Below are positions 35,756 to 45,689 of a stretch of 64,000 nt of DNA, piece after piece. The stretch lies in the IMG/VR virus record IMGVR_UViG_3300008255_000007, positions 1 through 64,000 of that record; one strand, written 5' to 3'. Each line of letters begins with the position of its first letter. The stretch's first letter is position 1. Below the pieces are notes generated by a model. That model was not told where the DNA came from and searched no databases. It saw only the letters and a list, made by a program, of their open reading frames with translations. This DNA comes from a virus (taxonomy: Duplodnaviria; Caudoviricetes). The position numbers were made by a program, and so were the translations under genes.

Positions 35756-35973
35756 TGTGGATTATAGATCCTAAAAATGATAAGCCTTCTGTAACGCTTA
35801 CCATGTTTGTATTAGGTTTTATAATAGGTACGCTTAAGTTACTATTCTCTGGAATTAATGTTTCAGGATTTGAAATAGAATCTTTTAGTGGAACAGACTA
35901 TGCTGCTGTAATAGGAGCTTTAGGAGGCATCTACACTCTTAGGCGCATGAAAAAGGATGAACCCAATGAATGA
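35755..35973 (+). CDS. Small two-TM protein, holin-like
   Basis: Two hydrophobic helices, basic C-terminus. Confidence 0.55.
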   Translation: MWIIDPKNDKPSVTLTMFVLGFIIGTLKLLFSGINVSGFEIESFSGTDYAAVIGALGGIYTLRRMKKDEPNE

Positions 35974-36469
35974 TACTAAAAACCCTAATATAAGTAAATT
36001 AGATCAAAGAGACGCACTTAAGAGGTGTATTGATTCAGAAACGGATGCATTGAGAGTTCAGCTTTTATCAGGAGCTATTACAGCCACAGTAGAGCTATCT
36101 AAAGAGTCTATGGAAATGACTGCTCAGGATGAGTCTGGTAATAAAAAGCCTTTATTATTAAATAGTAAAGGTGAATTAAAAGTAGAACAGTCTACCGAGT
36201 TGATGGAGTTAGTAAAAGAATTACTTAAAAAAGAAGATAAAGAAGTTCAAGTAAAACATGAAGTTATACAACAGCCAATACCTAAAGAGTATTTAGATAG
36301 TCTGGATAAAGCTATTAAAGCATTAGAAGAGTTAGCTGGAAGAGAAGTGATTAAAGAGATTCCAGTAGAAAAAGTAGTTGAAAAGCAAATAGTTATAGAG
36401 AAAATGCCAGTGTGGGCCTGGGTACTCATAGGCGCTCAAGCAGCAGCTCTAGTAATTAATCTGTTATAA
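35957..36469 (+). CDS. Hypothetical protein with C-terminal TM (KLD family N-terminus)
   Basis: SKLDQRDALKRCIDSETDALRV; C-terminal hydrophobic helix. Confidence 0.65.
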   Translation: MNPMNDTKNPNISKLDQRDALKRCIDSETDALRVQLLSGAITATVELSKESMEMTAQDESGNKKPLLLNSKGELKVEQSTELMELVKELLKKEDKEVQVKHEVIQQPIPKEYLDSLDKAIKALEELAGREVIKEIPVEKVVEKQIVIEKMPVWAWVLIGAQAAALVINLL

Positions 36470-36501
36470 CAAATATTTAAGTAAAGAGGTACTATTAAAA
36501 A

Positions 36502-36876
36502 ATGAAATATCTAAAAGAGATGATGAAATCTAAAGAAGATAAAACAGAAAAAAAAGAAGAACGATCTTCTCCAGCAGACAAAGCTCGTATGGATTCTTTA
36601 AAGGCTCTTAGAAAAATGGCAATGGAAATGCTAGCTGATGATGCTATGGCAGGTCTTGGAGATGAAAAAACTCCTGATATGTCTGTTATGGTAGTCAAAA
36701 AGAAAAAAGGAATGCTACGTCCTGATATGAGTGATGAAGAAGATGAAGAGATGATGGGTCCTGAAAGTCTTGAAGACTACGCCGATGATATGACTACTGA
36801 TTCAGAATATGATAACGGTATGAATGACGGCGATGAAGAAGACGAAGATAAACTAAAAAAGATGCTTAAGGTTTAA
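36502..36876 (+). CDS. Low-complexity acidic, Met-rich protein
   Basis: ORF track; GAGG RBS, AACAAAT upstream. Confidence 0.7.
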   Translation: MKYLKEMMKSKEDKTEKKEERSSPADKARMDSLKALRKMAMEMLADDAMAGLGDEKTPDMSVMVVKKKKGMLRPDMSDEEDEEMMGPESLEDYADDMTTDSEYDNGMNDGDEEDEDKLKKMLKV

Positions 36877-36911
36877 TAAGTCTTCTTAAATTATTAATTT
36901 AAGGAGTTTAA

Positions 36912-37841
36912 ATGAGCGGCTATTTGCGCGTAGATAAATTTATAGATAGTGTTAAGAAGCGTGCTGCTGTTCCTACTTCACAAGTAACTTTTACAGACGA
37001 AGACATTATCAGATTTGCAAACGAAGACTTAGAAGAAAACATGATTCCTCTTATCATGGCAGTAAGAGAAGAATTCTTTGTAGAGAGTGAAACCTATACC
37101 CCAACCGTAGTAAATAATAATAAAAGATTAGAAGTTCCAGAAAGAGCTATTGGCACGAAAGTACGATTAATAAATCCTATATCTAATGGAGTAGTGCAAC
37201 CCCCTCTTTCACTAATACCACTAGAGCACGTCGAGTATTCTTCAGGCGGAGGAAGCGACAGAGGGTATTACATGAAAGGTAATTTTATATATCTTCTAAT
37301 ATCCTCAGAACAGGTAGTAGTATCTTACTATCAAAGACCTAATGAGGTAGTTCTATTAGAAAGAGCTGCTCAAATAGAAGCTATAGACAGAGATACTGGA
37401 ATTATAGAAGTAGATGACGTTCCCTCTATCATAGAGGCTGGATCTATTATAGATTTTAATCAAACAAAACCAGGACATCGAGTATATGCAAAAGATGTTA
37501 CTGTAGCTACAGTTAATCAACTAACCAATCAAATTTCATTTAGTTTAGCAGATATTCCAGATGACTTAATAGTAGGTGATTATATATGCTTAGCTGGAGA
37601 AACAGTGATACCTCAAATACCTAGTGATTTGCATAATATGCTAGCTCAAGCAACGGCTTGTAAGATACTAGAATCTATTAATGATGAAAAAGGTTTAAAG
37701 AATGCAACACGCCGCTTAGAGAAAATGGAAACTAAGCTTTTAAATTTAATTGAGAGTAGAGCTGAATCTAAAGGTAAGAAAATCGCTAATATAGAAAGTC
37801 TTCTATATAGGAATAGATTAAGTTTCGGAAAAAGGATCTAA
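36912..37841 (+). CDS. Head-tail adaptor (tail tubular protein A-like)
   Basis: 309 aa directly before nozzle; helical N-terminus, IPSDLHNMLAQATACKIL. Confidence 0.65.
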   Translation: MSGYLRVDKFIDSVKKRAAVPTSQVTFTDEDIIRFANEDLEENMIPLIMAVREEFFVESETYTPTVVNNNKRLEVPERAIGTKVRLINPISNGVVQPPLSLIPLEHVEYSSGGGSDRGYYMKGNFIYLLISSEQVVVSYYQRPNEVVLLERAAQIEAIDRDTGIIEVDDVPSIIEAGSIIDFNQTKPGHRVYAKDVTVATVNQLTNQISFSLADIPDDLIVGDYICLAGETVIPQIPSDLHNMLAQATACKILESINDEKGLKNATRRLEKMETKLLNLIESRAESKGKKIANIESLLYRNRLSFGKRI

Positions 37842-37844
37842 ACT

Positions 37845-40800
37845 ATGGCAAACAAGATAACCTTGAAAGCCAAGGGACTGTTCCTAAACTCAAATAGTCT
37901 ATCAGCTATCCCAGATGGAGGCTTATTAGAAGCTGACGATATTGTAATAGATAAAGATGATATTATAGAATCAAGAAGAGGTTTCTTTCTTTTTGGTGAT
38001 ACGATGGGAATCGATGAGTCTCAAGTAGCTCAGCAACTACTAAATTATCAAGATAGACTCATAAGACATTATTTAATTGACGAATCTAATGGTATACTAG
38101 AAAGAGAGACTGACGACCTAACAGGAGAGTTTGAAGCGTACAATACTCTTATTTGGGAATTTGCAGAGTCTGTAACTGCAGATGGAAACATAGCTACTTT
38201 TACAGGAAGTAATGATTATAACGTTAAAGTCGGAGATTCCGTAGTAATAGATGGAGCTACTGGAACTGATGCCTCTATATATAATGGAACTTTTGTAGTT
38301 ACTTCAGTCCCTAGTGATGTTACTTTCACATATGAGTTAAGCAGCGTACCTTCTAGTCCAGTAGCAGAAGGCTTTCAGATACTACAAGAAAAGACTTTAA
38401 ATGATATCATAGCTCCAGAAGAAGCTATAAAAATAAGAGCAGTTGAAAGTAATGGTAATTTATATTTTACATCGAATAAAGGAGTACGTAAATTAGACGT
38501 AGTAGCTGGTACTGTAACCTTAGCCGGAGGAGTAAAGGCTTTAGATACTAATGTTGAACTCATAAACGAAGCCGGATTCTTTACTACAGATAGTCAAGTA
38601 GCCTATAGAGTACTATGGGGCTATAAGGATGCTAACCAGAATCTAGTATTAGGGGCTCCTAGCCAACGAGTAGTATTAAGTAATGAAGTACTACCTTCTT
38701 TAATTTTAGATATAAATACTATGCTAGAGTCTACTCAGAACGCAGCAGAAGTTGCTACTGGAGGAGATGTATTAGATAATAGCCCTACTGGAGATTATGC
38801 ATTATACACAGATTTAACTTTAGTAGATAATGCTACCATATTCCAAGCAGACGATAGCCTTAGAGATTATTGCACTAAGTTAGAAGCTGATGGAGTTACA
38901 GGATTTGACGATATTGCTAATTCATTTGTAGCGCCTACAGCATCGATTACTACAACAGAGGAGCTTAATACTTTAGTAGATTTTTATGATTCTGTAATAA
39001 ACGGTTTATTAATAAGTGACCAGATACCAAGCTACCAGCAAGAGATAGCGTCTTTCACTTCACATACATCAGGTAAAAAAATAGAAATTGAATTTACCGT
39101 TCCTGATAATATTACAGACGGTTATTTTTATCAAATATATAGAACTCAAGTAGTTACTAATCTTAATGATAGTTTAGTAGCTGGAGAATCAGATATAGCC
39201 GGAGATTCAATGCAATTAGTATTTGAAGATAATCCTACTATACAAGAACTATTTGATAAAAAAGTAACAGTAGTAGATATAACTCCAGACTCTTTCAGAG
39301 GTGCTCCTTTATACACTAATGCTAATCAAGAAGGTATAGTAAATGCTAACGAGGTTATGCCTTATGCTAATGATATAGAAGTATATCAAAACATGTTTTT
39401 TTTAGCTAATACTAAAACTAGACATAAGTTTAATTTCTCTTTCTTAGCTACAGTTAGTCTAAGCTCAAATAGCAATGGAGATGCCTCTACTTTAACTTTT
39501 ACTGCAGATTCTGAGTCATTTACTATAGGCTTTAGAACAGAAGCAGATGGGGGAGAAGATACCGCTAATGGTATAGCACTCCTTAAAACTGATGGAACTC
39601 CAGGACAGAACGTAGATATTACAGCTAGGAGCTTAGTAAAAGTTATAAATAGGTATTTAATAAATGATATAGTATATGCTTATTATTTATCAGGCGTAAC
39701 TGATGTTCCTGGTAAGATTTTAATAGAGACTAAAGATTTAGGAATTTCTCAATTTACTGTTCAAGCTAATAATGCAGCTATTGGAAGTCAATTCTCGCCT
39801 AATTTAACAGCGGCTAAAACTTCAGATAATGAGAAAAAACAAAATAGAGTCTACTACGGTAAATTTCAAGAGCCAGAAGCTTTTACTCTATTACAATATT
39901 TCGAAGTTGGTAAAGAATCAGAACTTATAGAACGTATACTAGCTTCTAGAGATAGTTTATATGTATTAAAAACAGACGGTATATTTAAAATAACAGGAGA
40001 TGACCCTTCTAGTTTATCACTAACTCCGTTTGATGATTCTACTAGAATTGAAGGTCCAGAATCCGCAGTAGTTCTAGATAATAAATTATATTTCTTATCT
40101 GACCAGGGAGTAGCCGCCGCCTCAGAGACCGGAGTAAGTGTAGTATCTAGAAGTATTGAAAACGTACTATTTCCGTTAATGGACCCTAAATACACTAATT
40201 TCAGAAAAGCTACTTTTGGTATAGCTTATGAAACGGAAAGAAAATATATACTGTATACCGTTACTAATGTTGGGGATGAATGGGCTACTCAAGCTTATGT
40301 ATTTAATACATTTACTAGGGCTTGGACTAGATGGACACATTCTAAAACTTGTGGCATAGTAAATCAAAGGGATAATAAGTTATATTTAGGTCCAGCAGAT
40401 ACTAATCAATTAGAAGTAGAAAGAAAAGATTTAACTTTTACAGACTATTCAGATAGAGAATATGATATAAACATATTTGAAGTAACTAGTGAAAAGAATG
40501 GATTAATAACAGCAGTAGCTACAGGAGAAAATCCAGCAATCCAAGTAGATGCTCCAGACCACGGATTAGTTGATGGAGATGTTATAATTATATCAAATAC
40601 GAACACAGTACCTGATATAAACGGTATACCTTTAAGGATTACTAAGCTAGATAACCAAACTATTATAATACCAGTAACTGTAACAGGAGAAGGTTCTCAA
40701 GGAGAATGGAGAAGTGGAGATACCACTATCCTATCAGTAGATACAGTTGAAAATATAGAAGTGGGCGATGTCATACTACAAACTAAAGTAGATCCTACTT

Positions 40801-41294
40801 ATGGATATACTTATGTAGTAGAATCTCCAGTAGTGGCTATTGATGTTCAAAACTTACTAGTTACTATTAATGCCCCTATATTATATCAAGCAGGAGAGGC
40901 TAAAGTATATAAATCTATCTTAAATAGAGTTAGATATGCTCCTCAACATGCTGGAGACCCTTTTATTCTTAAACACTTTAGAGAAGCTAAGATGAGATTT
41001 GATTCATTCATAGGATCTAGCATATCCCTTAGCTTTAACTCTGATTTACAGAAATCTTTTGAAGAGGTAGAGTTCTTTCCTGATACATTAACTCGTTGGG
41101 GTAAGTTTAACTGGGGAGAGCAGCCCTGGGGAGGAGAAGCATTCCCAGCAGCTTTTAGAACTTACGTACCATTAGGAAAACAGAGATGTAGCTTCCTTGG
41201 AGTAGTATTTGAACATAATGTAGCTAGGGAGTCTTGGGAGTTAGAAGGTATAGACTTAGTATTTGAAGTAACTAGTGAAAGGATACAAGATTAA
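37845..41294 (+). CDS. Tail nozzle / tubular protein B-like, with inserted small beta domains
   Basis: 1149 aa; propeller-like body, AWTRW, C-terminal jelly-roll; DHGLVDGDVIII-type inserts. Confidence 0.75.
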   Translation: MANKITLKAKGLFLNSNSLSAIPDGGLLEADDIVIDKDDIIESRRGFFLFGDTMGIDESQVAQQLLNYQDRLIRHYLIDESNGILERETDDLTGEFEAYNTLIWEFAESVTADGNIATFTGSNDYNVKVGDSVVIDGATGTDASIYNGTFVVTSVPSDVTFTYELSSVPSSPVAEGFQILQEKTLNDIIAPEEAIKIRAVESNGNLYFTSNKGVRKLDVVAGTVTLAGGVKALDTNVELINEAGFFTTDSQVAYRVLWGYKDANQNLVLGAPSQRVVLSNEVLPSLILDINTMLESTQNAAEVATGGDVLDNSPTGDYALYTDLTLVDNATIFQADDSLRDYCTKLEADGVTGFDDIANSFVAPTASITTTEELNTLVDFYDSVINGLLISDQIPSYQQEIASFTSHTSGKKIEIEFTVPDNITDGYFYQIYRTQVVTNLNDSLVAGESDIAGDSMQLVFEDNPTIQELFDKKVTVVDITPDSFRGAPLYTNANQEGIVNANEVMPYANDIEVYQNMFFLANTKTRHKFNFSFLATVSLSSNSNGDASTLTFTADSESFTIGFRTEADGGEDTANGIALLKTDGTPGQNVDITARSLVKVINRYLINDIVYAYYLSGVTDVPGKILIETKDLGISQFTVQANNAAIGSQFSPNLTAAKTSDNEKKQNRVYYGKFQEPEAFTLLQYFEVGKESELIERILASRDSLYVLKTDGIFKITGDDPSSLSLTPFDDSTRIEGPESAVVLDNKLYFLSDQGVAAASETGVSVVSRSIENVLFPLMDPKYTNFRKATFGIAYETERKYILYTVTNVGDEWATQAYVFNTFTRAWTRWTHSKTCGIVNQRDNKLYLGPADTNQLEVERKDLTFTDYSDREYDINIFEVTSEKNGLITAVATGENPAIQVDAPDHGLVDGDVIIISNTNTVPDINGIPLRITKLDNQTIIIPVTVTGEGSQGEWRSGDTTILSVDTVENIEVGDVILQTKVDPTYGYTYVVESPVVAIDVQNLLVTINAPILYQAGEAKVYKSILNRVRYAPQHAGDPFILKHFREAKMRFDSFIGSSISLSFNSDLQKSFEEVEFFPDTLTRWGKFNWGEQPWGGEAFPAAFRTYVPLGKQRCSFLGVVFEHNVARESWELEGIDLVFEVTSERIQD

Positions 41295-41296
41295 TT

Positions 41297-41701
41297 ATGA
41301 GTAAGCTTCCTCCTATCAGACGCTTGAGAACAGATGAATTTCCTAGTGAATATCAAGACCTTACTGATAAATTAGTATATGGAATAAATCAGTTCTTTGA
41401 ACCTGTATATAATGCTTTAAATAAAAGACTTAATTTTATTGATAACTTTCAAGCACTTGATGTTGAAGTTAGTTTTACAGCGCCTATAAGTCCTAATAGA
41501 ACAGTAAGTTTTAAGAATGATATAGGATTACCCATAAGAGCAGTTACTATACGAAGAGTCGATAACAATAGTAATTCTGACAGGTTACAAGCAGCACCTT
41601 TTGTAGAGTTTGAAAACGGAGATAGTCAAGTAATTTTAGTAAGTTCAGTTGGATTTACGGATGGTATAACTTACACAATAAGGTTACTTTGTGAACCATA
41701 A
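41297..41701 (+). CDS. Tail-associated hypothetical protein
   Basis: Position after nozzle; LNFIDNFQA motif. Confidence 0.6.
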   Translation: MSKLPPIRRLRTDEFPSEYQDLTDKLVYGINQFFEPVYNALNKRLNFIDNFQALDVEVSFTAPISPNRTVSFKNDIGLPIRAVTIRRVDNNSNSDRLQAAPFVEFENGDSQVILVSSVGFTDGITYTIRLLCEP

Positions 41702-41735
41702 TCAACAAATATTTATGATATTGGGAGTTTAATTA

Positions 41736-43217
41736 ATGGCCTATGTAGAAGACCCTTTAAAGAATACAGAACTTGACGGAGAACAGCAACAAGCTGGTCA
41801 AGGTATGCAAGGTTCTGAAGTTCAGAAGACTTCAGGAGAGGGTGGAACTGTAGGTGCAGGACAACAAGCACAAGCAGCTCCTCAAACAGCAGGAGCGGTG
41901 TCTAAAAGGGCTCCTACATCTTCAGGGCAGTTTACTAATCTTCAAAGTTATATTAAAGCTAATAAACCTGCTGAATTTGGTAAACAAGTAGCTGGTAAAG
42001 TATCTGGACAAGCTCAACAAGCACAACAAGCTCTTCAAAAAGAGCAACAAGGATTTCAGTCTCAAGTAGATCAGCAACGCGCTGGATTTAGAGATGAACA
42101 GAATATTAAAAGTGCATTTGATACACTTAGAGGCCTTACTGGAACTGGAGATATACGACAAGGTTTTGATGCTGAAAAGCAAGCAGCAGAGCAAAGCTAT
42201 CAACAGCAATACACAGGACCTATGCAGTTTGAGAATCTTTCAGCTCTTTCTAGACAAGGTAGAGATTTAGGAACTGTCGCTCAACAGACTCAAGGAGATG
42301 CTGGACAAAGAGCGCTTCTACAAAGATATTATGGATCTCCTCAGTATAGTGCAGGGCAGCAACGATTAGATCAACTGCTTCTTACAGGAGATCAATCAGG
42401 AGAATTAGGTAAGGCTAGACAACAAGCAGCTACTTTTGATCCTAGACTACAAAAGCAATCCGCACAAGCGCAAGCGCAAGCGCAACAAACTAAACAGTTT
42501 GCAGATACTGGAAGAGAATTATCTAGGCAACTAGCAGAAGAAGGTAGGACAGGTGAGCTTACTGAACTAGACGAGCTAGTAGGACAGAGAGCTAAATCTT
42601 ACCAAGATCAAGTAAACAAGTATAAACAGGATTTAGCATATAATAAAGCAGCTAAGCAATATAACTTAGGAAGTTTAAATCAATTACTTGGCGGCGGTAT
42701 TACTAATCAAATGATAGCTAAGAACTTCGGTAAAGCTAAAGATCTAGCTACTATATCAAGAGAAAATGCTGATCCTGCGCAAGCAGCTTTAGCTAACTAT
42801 TTCAGTAGACTTACAGGAGCAGATGATGTAGTACAGAATATTGCAGAGGCTACTCCTAGGGCTGAGGATGTTACATACTACGTAGATCCTCAAGTCAGCG
42901 ATATAGAAAGACAGGCTGGGTTCTTATCAGGACAGATGAGTGATGCGGCTAAGAACTACTACGCAATAAAAGCTCAGCATGATGCTGAAAGAGATGCCTC
43001 TATTACGGCACAACTAGGTCCAGATTGGAAATCAGGAAAAACTAAATGGGGTACTCCTGTAAGTCAACAACAAGCTTTAAGTAAGCAACACGTTAATTGG
43101 CAAACAGGTGAAAAAGTAGGAGCCTCTGAGAAGCAACTCTATAGTTTAGAAGATCAATTAAGAAATTTAAGAGAGAAAGTAGGAGCCGGATATATGGGCG
43201 GTTCCGGTTTTTATTAA
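41736..43217 (+). CDS. Internal virion / ejection protein, Gln-rich
   Basis: Q/A-rich helical low-complexity protein after tail genes. Confidence 0.65.
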   Translation: MAYVEDPLKNTELDGEQQQAGQGMQGSEVQKTSGEGGTVGAGQQAQAAPQTAGAVSKRAPTSSGQFTNLQSYIKANKPAEFGKQVAGKVSGQAQQAQQALQKEQQGFQSQVDQQRAGFRDEQNIKSAFDTLRGLTGTGDIRQGFDAEKQAAEQSYQQQYTGPMQFENLSALSRQGRDLGTVAQQTQGDAGQRALLQRYYGSPQYSAGQQRLDQLLLTGDQSGELGKARQQAATFDPRLQKQSAQAQAQAQQTKQFADTGRELSRQLAEEGRTGELTELDELVGQRAKSYQDQVNKYKQDLAYNKAAKQYNLGSLNQLLGGGITNQMIAKNFGKAKDLATISRENADPAQAALANYFSRLTGADDVVQNIAEATPRAEDVTYYVDPQVSDIERQAGFLSGQMSDAAKNYYAIKAQHDAERDASITAQLGPDWKSGKTKWGTPVSQQQALSKQHVNWQTGEKVGASEKQLYSLEDQLRNLREKVGAGYMGGSGFY

Positions 43218-43230
43218 AGGAGAATTATAA

Positions 43231-44238
43231 ATGGCAGCAGGTGATATTTTAGGTGGCGCAATGTCTGGAGCAGGCACAGGAGCGTCTATAGGTGGACCTT
43301 GGGGTGCAGCTATAGGCGGTGTTGCTGGAGGCCTTCTTGGAGCTTTTGGAGGTAAGAAAAAAGATCCTAAACAAGAGGCTTTAGAACGTATGATGGGTGT
43401 ATATCAAAACTATCAAACACCTTCAGTAGAAGATCGTCTTTTTGAGATTTATGATTTAGAACAGCAAGGAGTATTAACTCCGGAGCTAGAGCAGGCCATA
43501 TTACAACAAGAAACCGAATTAGGAAATATTGAAGTTGATCCTAGACTTAAAAATGCTCAAATGGATGCTCTATTATCTATGCAAGAACGAGCAGGCGGAG
43601 GTCTATCTGCGCAAGAGCTAGCTAATTTGGAACAAATTAGAGCTTCACAAGAAGGACAATCTTCTGCAGATAGAGCAGCTATTATGCAGTCTAGAGCTAG
43701 ACGTGGGATGGGCGGTAGCGGAGACGAATTAGCGGCTCAATTACAAGCGTCACAGGCACAAGCAGCTCAGGCTGGAAGCCGTGGTATGGACGTAGCCTCT
43801 ATGATGGAGAATGCTCGTAGACAGGCTACAGAGCAGTATGGTAGTATGGCTGGTAACATGAGAGGCCAGGAGTACGGAGAGCAGTCGGATAAGTCAAGAG
43901 CCCAAGATCTCATTAATCAATTTAATGTTAATCAACGTGGCGGAGTACAGCAGCGTAACGTAGGTTCTAGAAATGTAGCACAAGAAAAGAATCTAGGTGA
44001 AAAACAACGAATAGCGGACGCTAATCAACAGATAGCTACTCAAAGATCTATGGTAGCTCAACAAGCTAGACTCGGCTATGCTGATGATGAACTTAAGAGG
44101 AGACTAGGAGGAGCTGGTAGCGATTTAGCAAAGGGTGACTTTGGAGCAGGAACTAAAACTGGACCTGATGTAGCTACTATAGGATCTGGAGTAAAAGATA
44201 TATACGGAGCCTTAGATAGCTACAAAAAAGGGGCATAA
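43231..44238 (+). CDS. DNA ejection (pilot) protein
   Basis: N-terminal GxxxG-rich segment GGPWGAAIGGVAGGLLG; Q/A/M-rich helices. Confidence 0.7.
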   Translation: MAAGDILGGAMSGAGTGASIGGPWGAAIGGVAGGLLGAFGGKKKDPKQEALERMMGVYQNYQTPSVEDRLFEIYDLEQQGVLTPELEQAILQQETELGNIEVDPRLKNAQMDALLSMQERAGGGLSAQELANLEQIRASQEGQSSADRAAIMQSRARRGMGGSGDELAAQLQASQAQAAQAGSRGMDVASMMENARRQATEQYGSMAGNMRGQEYGEQSDKSRAQDLINQFNVNQRGGVQQRNVGSRNVAQEKNLGEKQRIADANQQIATQRSMVAQQARLGYADDELKRRLGGAGSDLAKGDFGAGTKTGPDVATIGSGVKDIYGALDSYKKGA

Positions 44239-44246
44239 AGGATAGC

Positions 44247-45689
44247 ATGGCTGATTTAACAAGTTTAATAAATTTACTACAAGAATCTAATAAAAGAGGA
44301 CAGGGACAGTCTGTAGATTCTGCTAGAGCAGAGCAGTTATTAGCTAGAGACGTGGCTGAATCAGAAGGAATGGGAGAAGCTCCTCAACAATCAGTAGAGA
44401 CTGCTAGAATAGAACAGCTATTAGCTAGAAGCCTGCCTAATCCTCAATCAGAGCAAATGCCTGCGCCTATGCCAACTAGACAGCCTATGCCGCAGCCCAT
44501 TAGACAGCCGGTTGCTATGGAAGAAGAAAGACCTTTTGGACAGCCTTTAGAAGGAGTAAGTCAAGCAGAAAGAATGATGACAGATACTACTGAAGTTCCT
44601 GTAATGAGCGAAGGAATGTCCAATGCTGTAAGAGATCCAGCTTCTTTACTAGAGCAGTATAAGCAGCTACAAGAAAGAAGAGCTAATGAGCTAGCAGAAG
44701 CTCAAAGAAAATCTAATATTGATAGACATGCTTATGGTGCTATGCAAGCAGGTAGTATTCTTTCTGGAAGAGGGATGAATCCTCTAATTCAACAAAGATC
44801 GAAAGACGCAAATCTTCCTGTAGAGCAGCTTAAAGAACGAACTGCTGAAGAGCGTTCAGCTAAGAATGATTTTATGGTAGATCAAAGCTTTCAGGATAAG
44901 ATGCAGAAAGATATTGAACTAAAAGATCCTAATAGCTTAATGTCTAAAGTATATAAAGATTTATTAACAGCTTCAGGATTTAAAAACGTTCCTGGAAATT
45001 TAACAGCAGCTCAGATAGAGCCGCTACTTCCGATGCAATTAAAACTTAAAGCTTTAGAAGTAGCTAAGGCTAAAGCACAAGAGCCTAAACTTTCAAAACT
45101 CGATGAATTTAGAGAAAAAGAGAAAATAAAAGAAGATGTTAAAATAAAAAGTGAGAATAGAAAAGAAGCTTCTTCAATAAAAGATGATATAAAAACTACA
45201 GAAAGTCTTCTAGAAGATATTAAAGAAGCTAAAAAAGCTCAAAAAGCCCATAAAGGCTTAATAGGCTTAGGAACAGGACCACTCCAAACTTTAGGAGGAT
45301 TGACTAAGTCACTATCTCCAGAAGAGCAAAAACTTGATGCTCTTTATAAGAAAATGAACTTAGATACTATGGTAAAAATGTTCGCAGGGATGTCTAAAGC
45401 TGTAGATTCAGATGCTGAAAGACGAGCCTTTGAAGCAGCACAGCCAAATTTAGCTAATTATCGTGACGTTAATATGGGTATTCTAGATAAAAGAGAAAAG
45501 ATTGCTAAAGATCTATTAAAGAAACAAAAAGAAGCTCTTAAAAACTATGATAGGCATGGTAATTTTACAGAACAGCAAACTCAATCACAGCCACAAGGAC
45601 CAACTCCTGGTTCTATCGTCAGAATGAAAGATGGTAAACGGTATAGAGTAGCGGAGGACGGAGATACCTTAACTCCTGTAGAAGAATAA
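44247..45689 (+). CDS. Internal virion / ejection protein
   Basis: Helical, P/Q-rich linker; position in ejection cluster. Confidence 0.65.
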   Translation: MADLTSLINLLQESNKRGQGQSVDSARAEQLLARDVAESEGMGEAPQQSVETARIEQLLARSLPNPQSEQMPAPMPTRQPMPQPIRQPVAMEEERPFGQPLEGVSQAERMMTDTTEVPVMSEGMSNAVRDPASLLEQYKQLQERRANELAEAQRKSNIDRHAYGAMQAGSILSGRGMNPLIQQRSKDANLPVEQLKERTAEERSAKNDFMVDQSFQDKMQKDIELKDPNSLMSKVYKDLLTASGFKNVPGNLTAAQIEPLLPMQLKLKALEVAKAKAQEPKLSKLDEFREKEKIKEDVKIKSENRKEASSIKDDIKTTESLLEDIKEAKKAQKAHKGLIGLGTGPLQTLGGLTKSLSPEEQKLDALYKKMNLDTMVKMFAGMSKAVDSDAERRAFEAAQPNLANYRDVNMGILDKREKIAKDLLKKQKEALKNYDRHGNFTEQQTQSQPQGPTPGSIVRMKDGKRYRVAEDGDTLTPVEE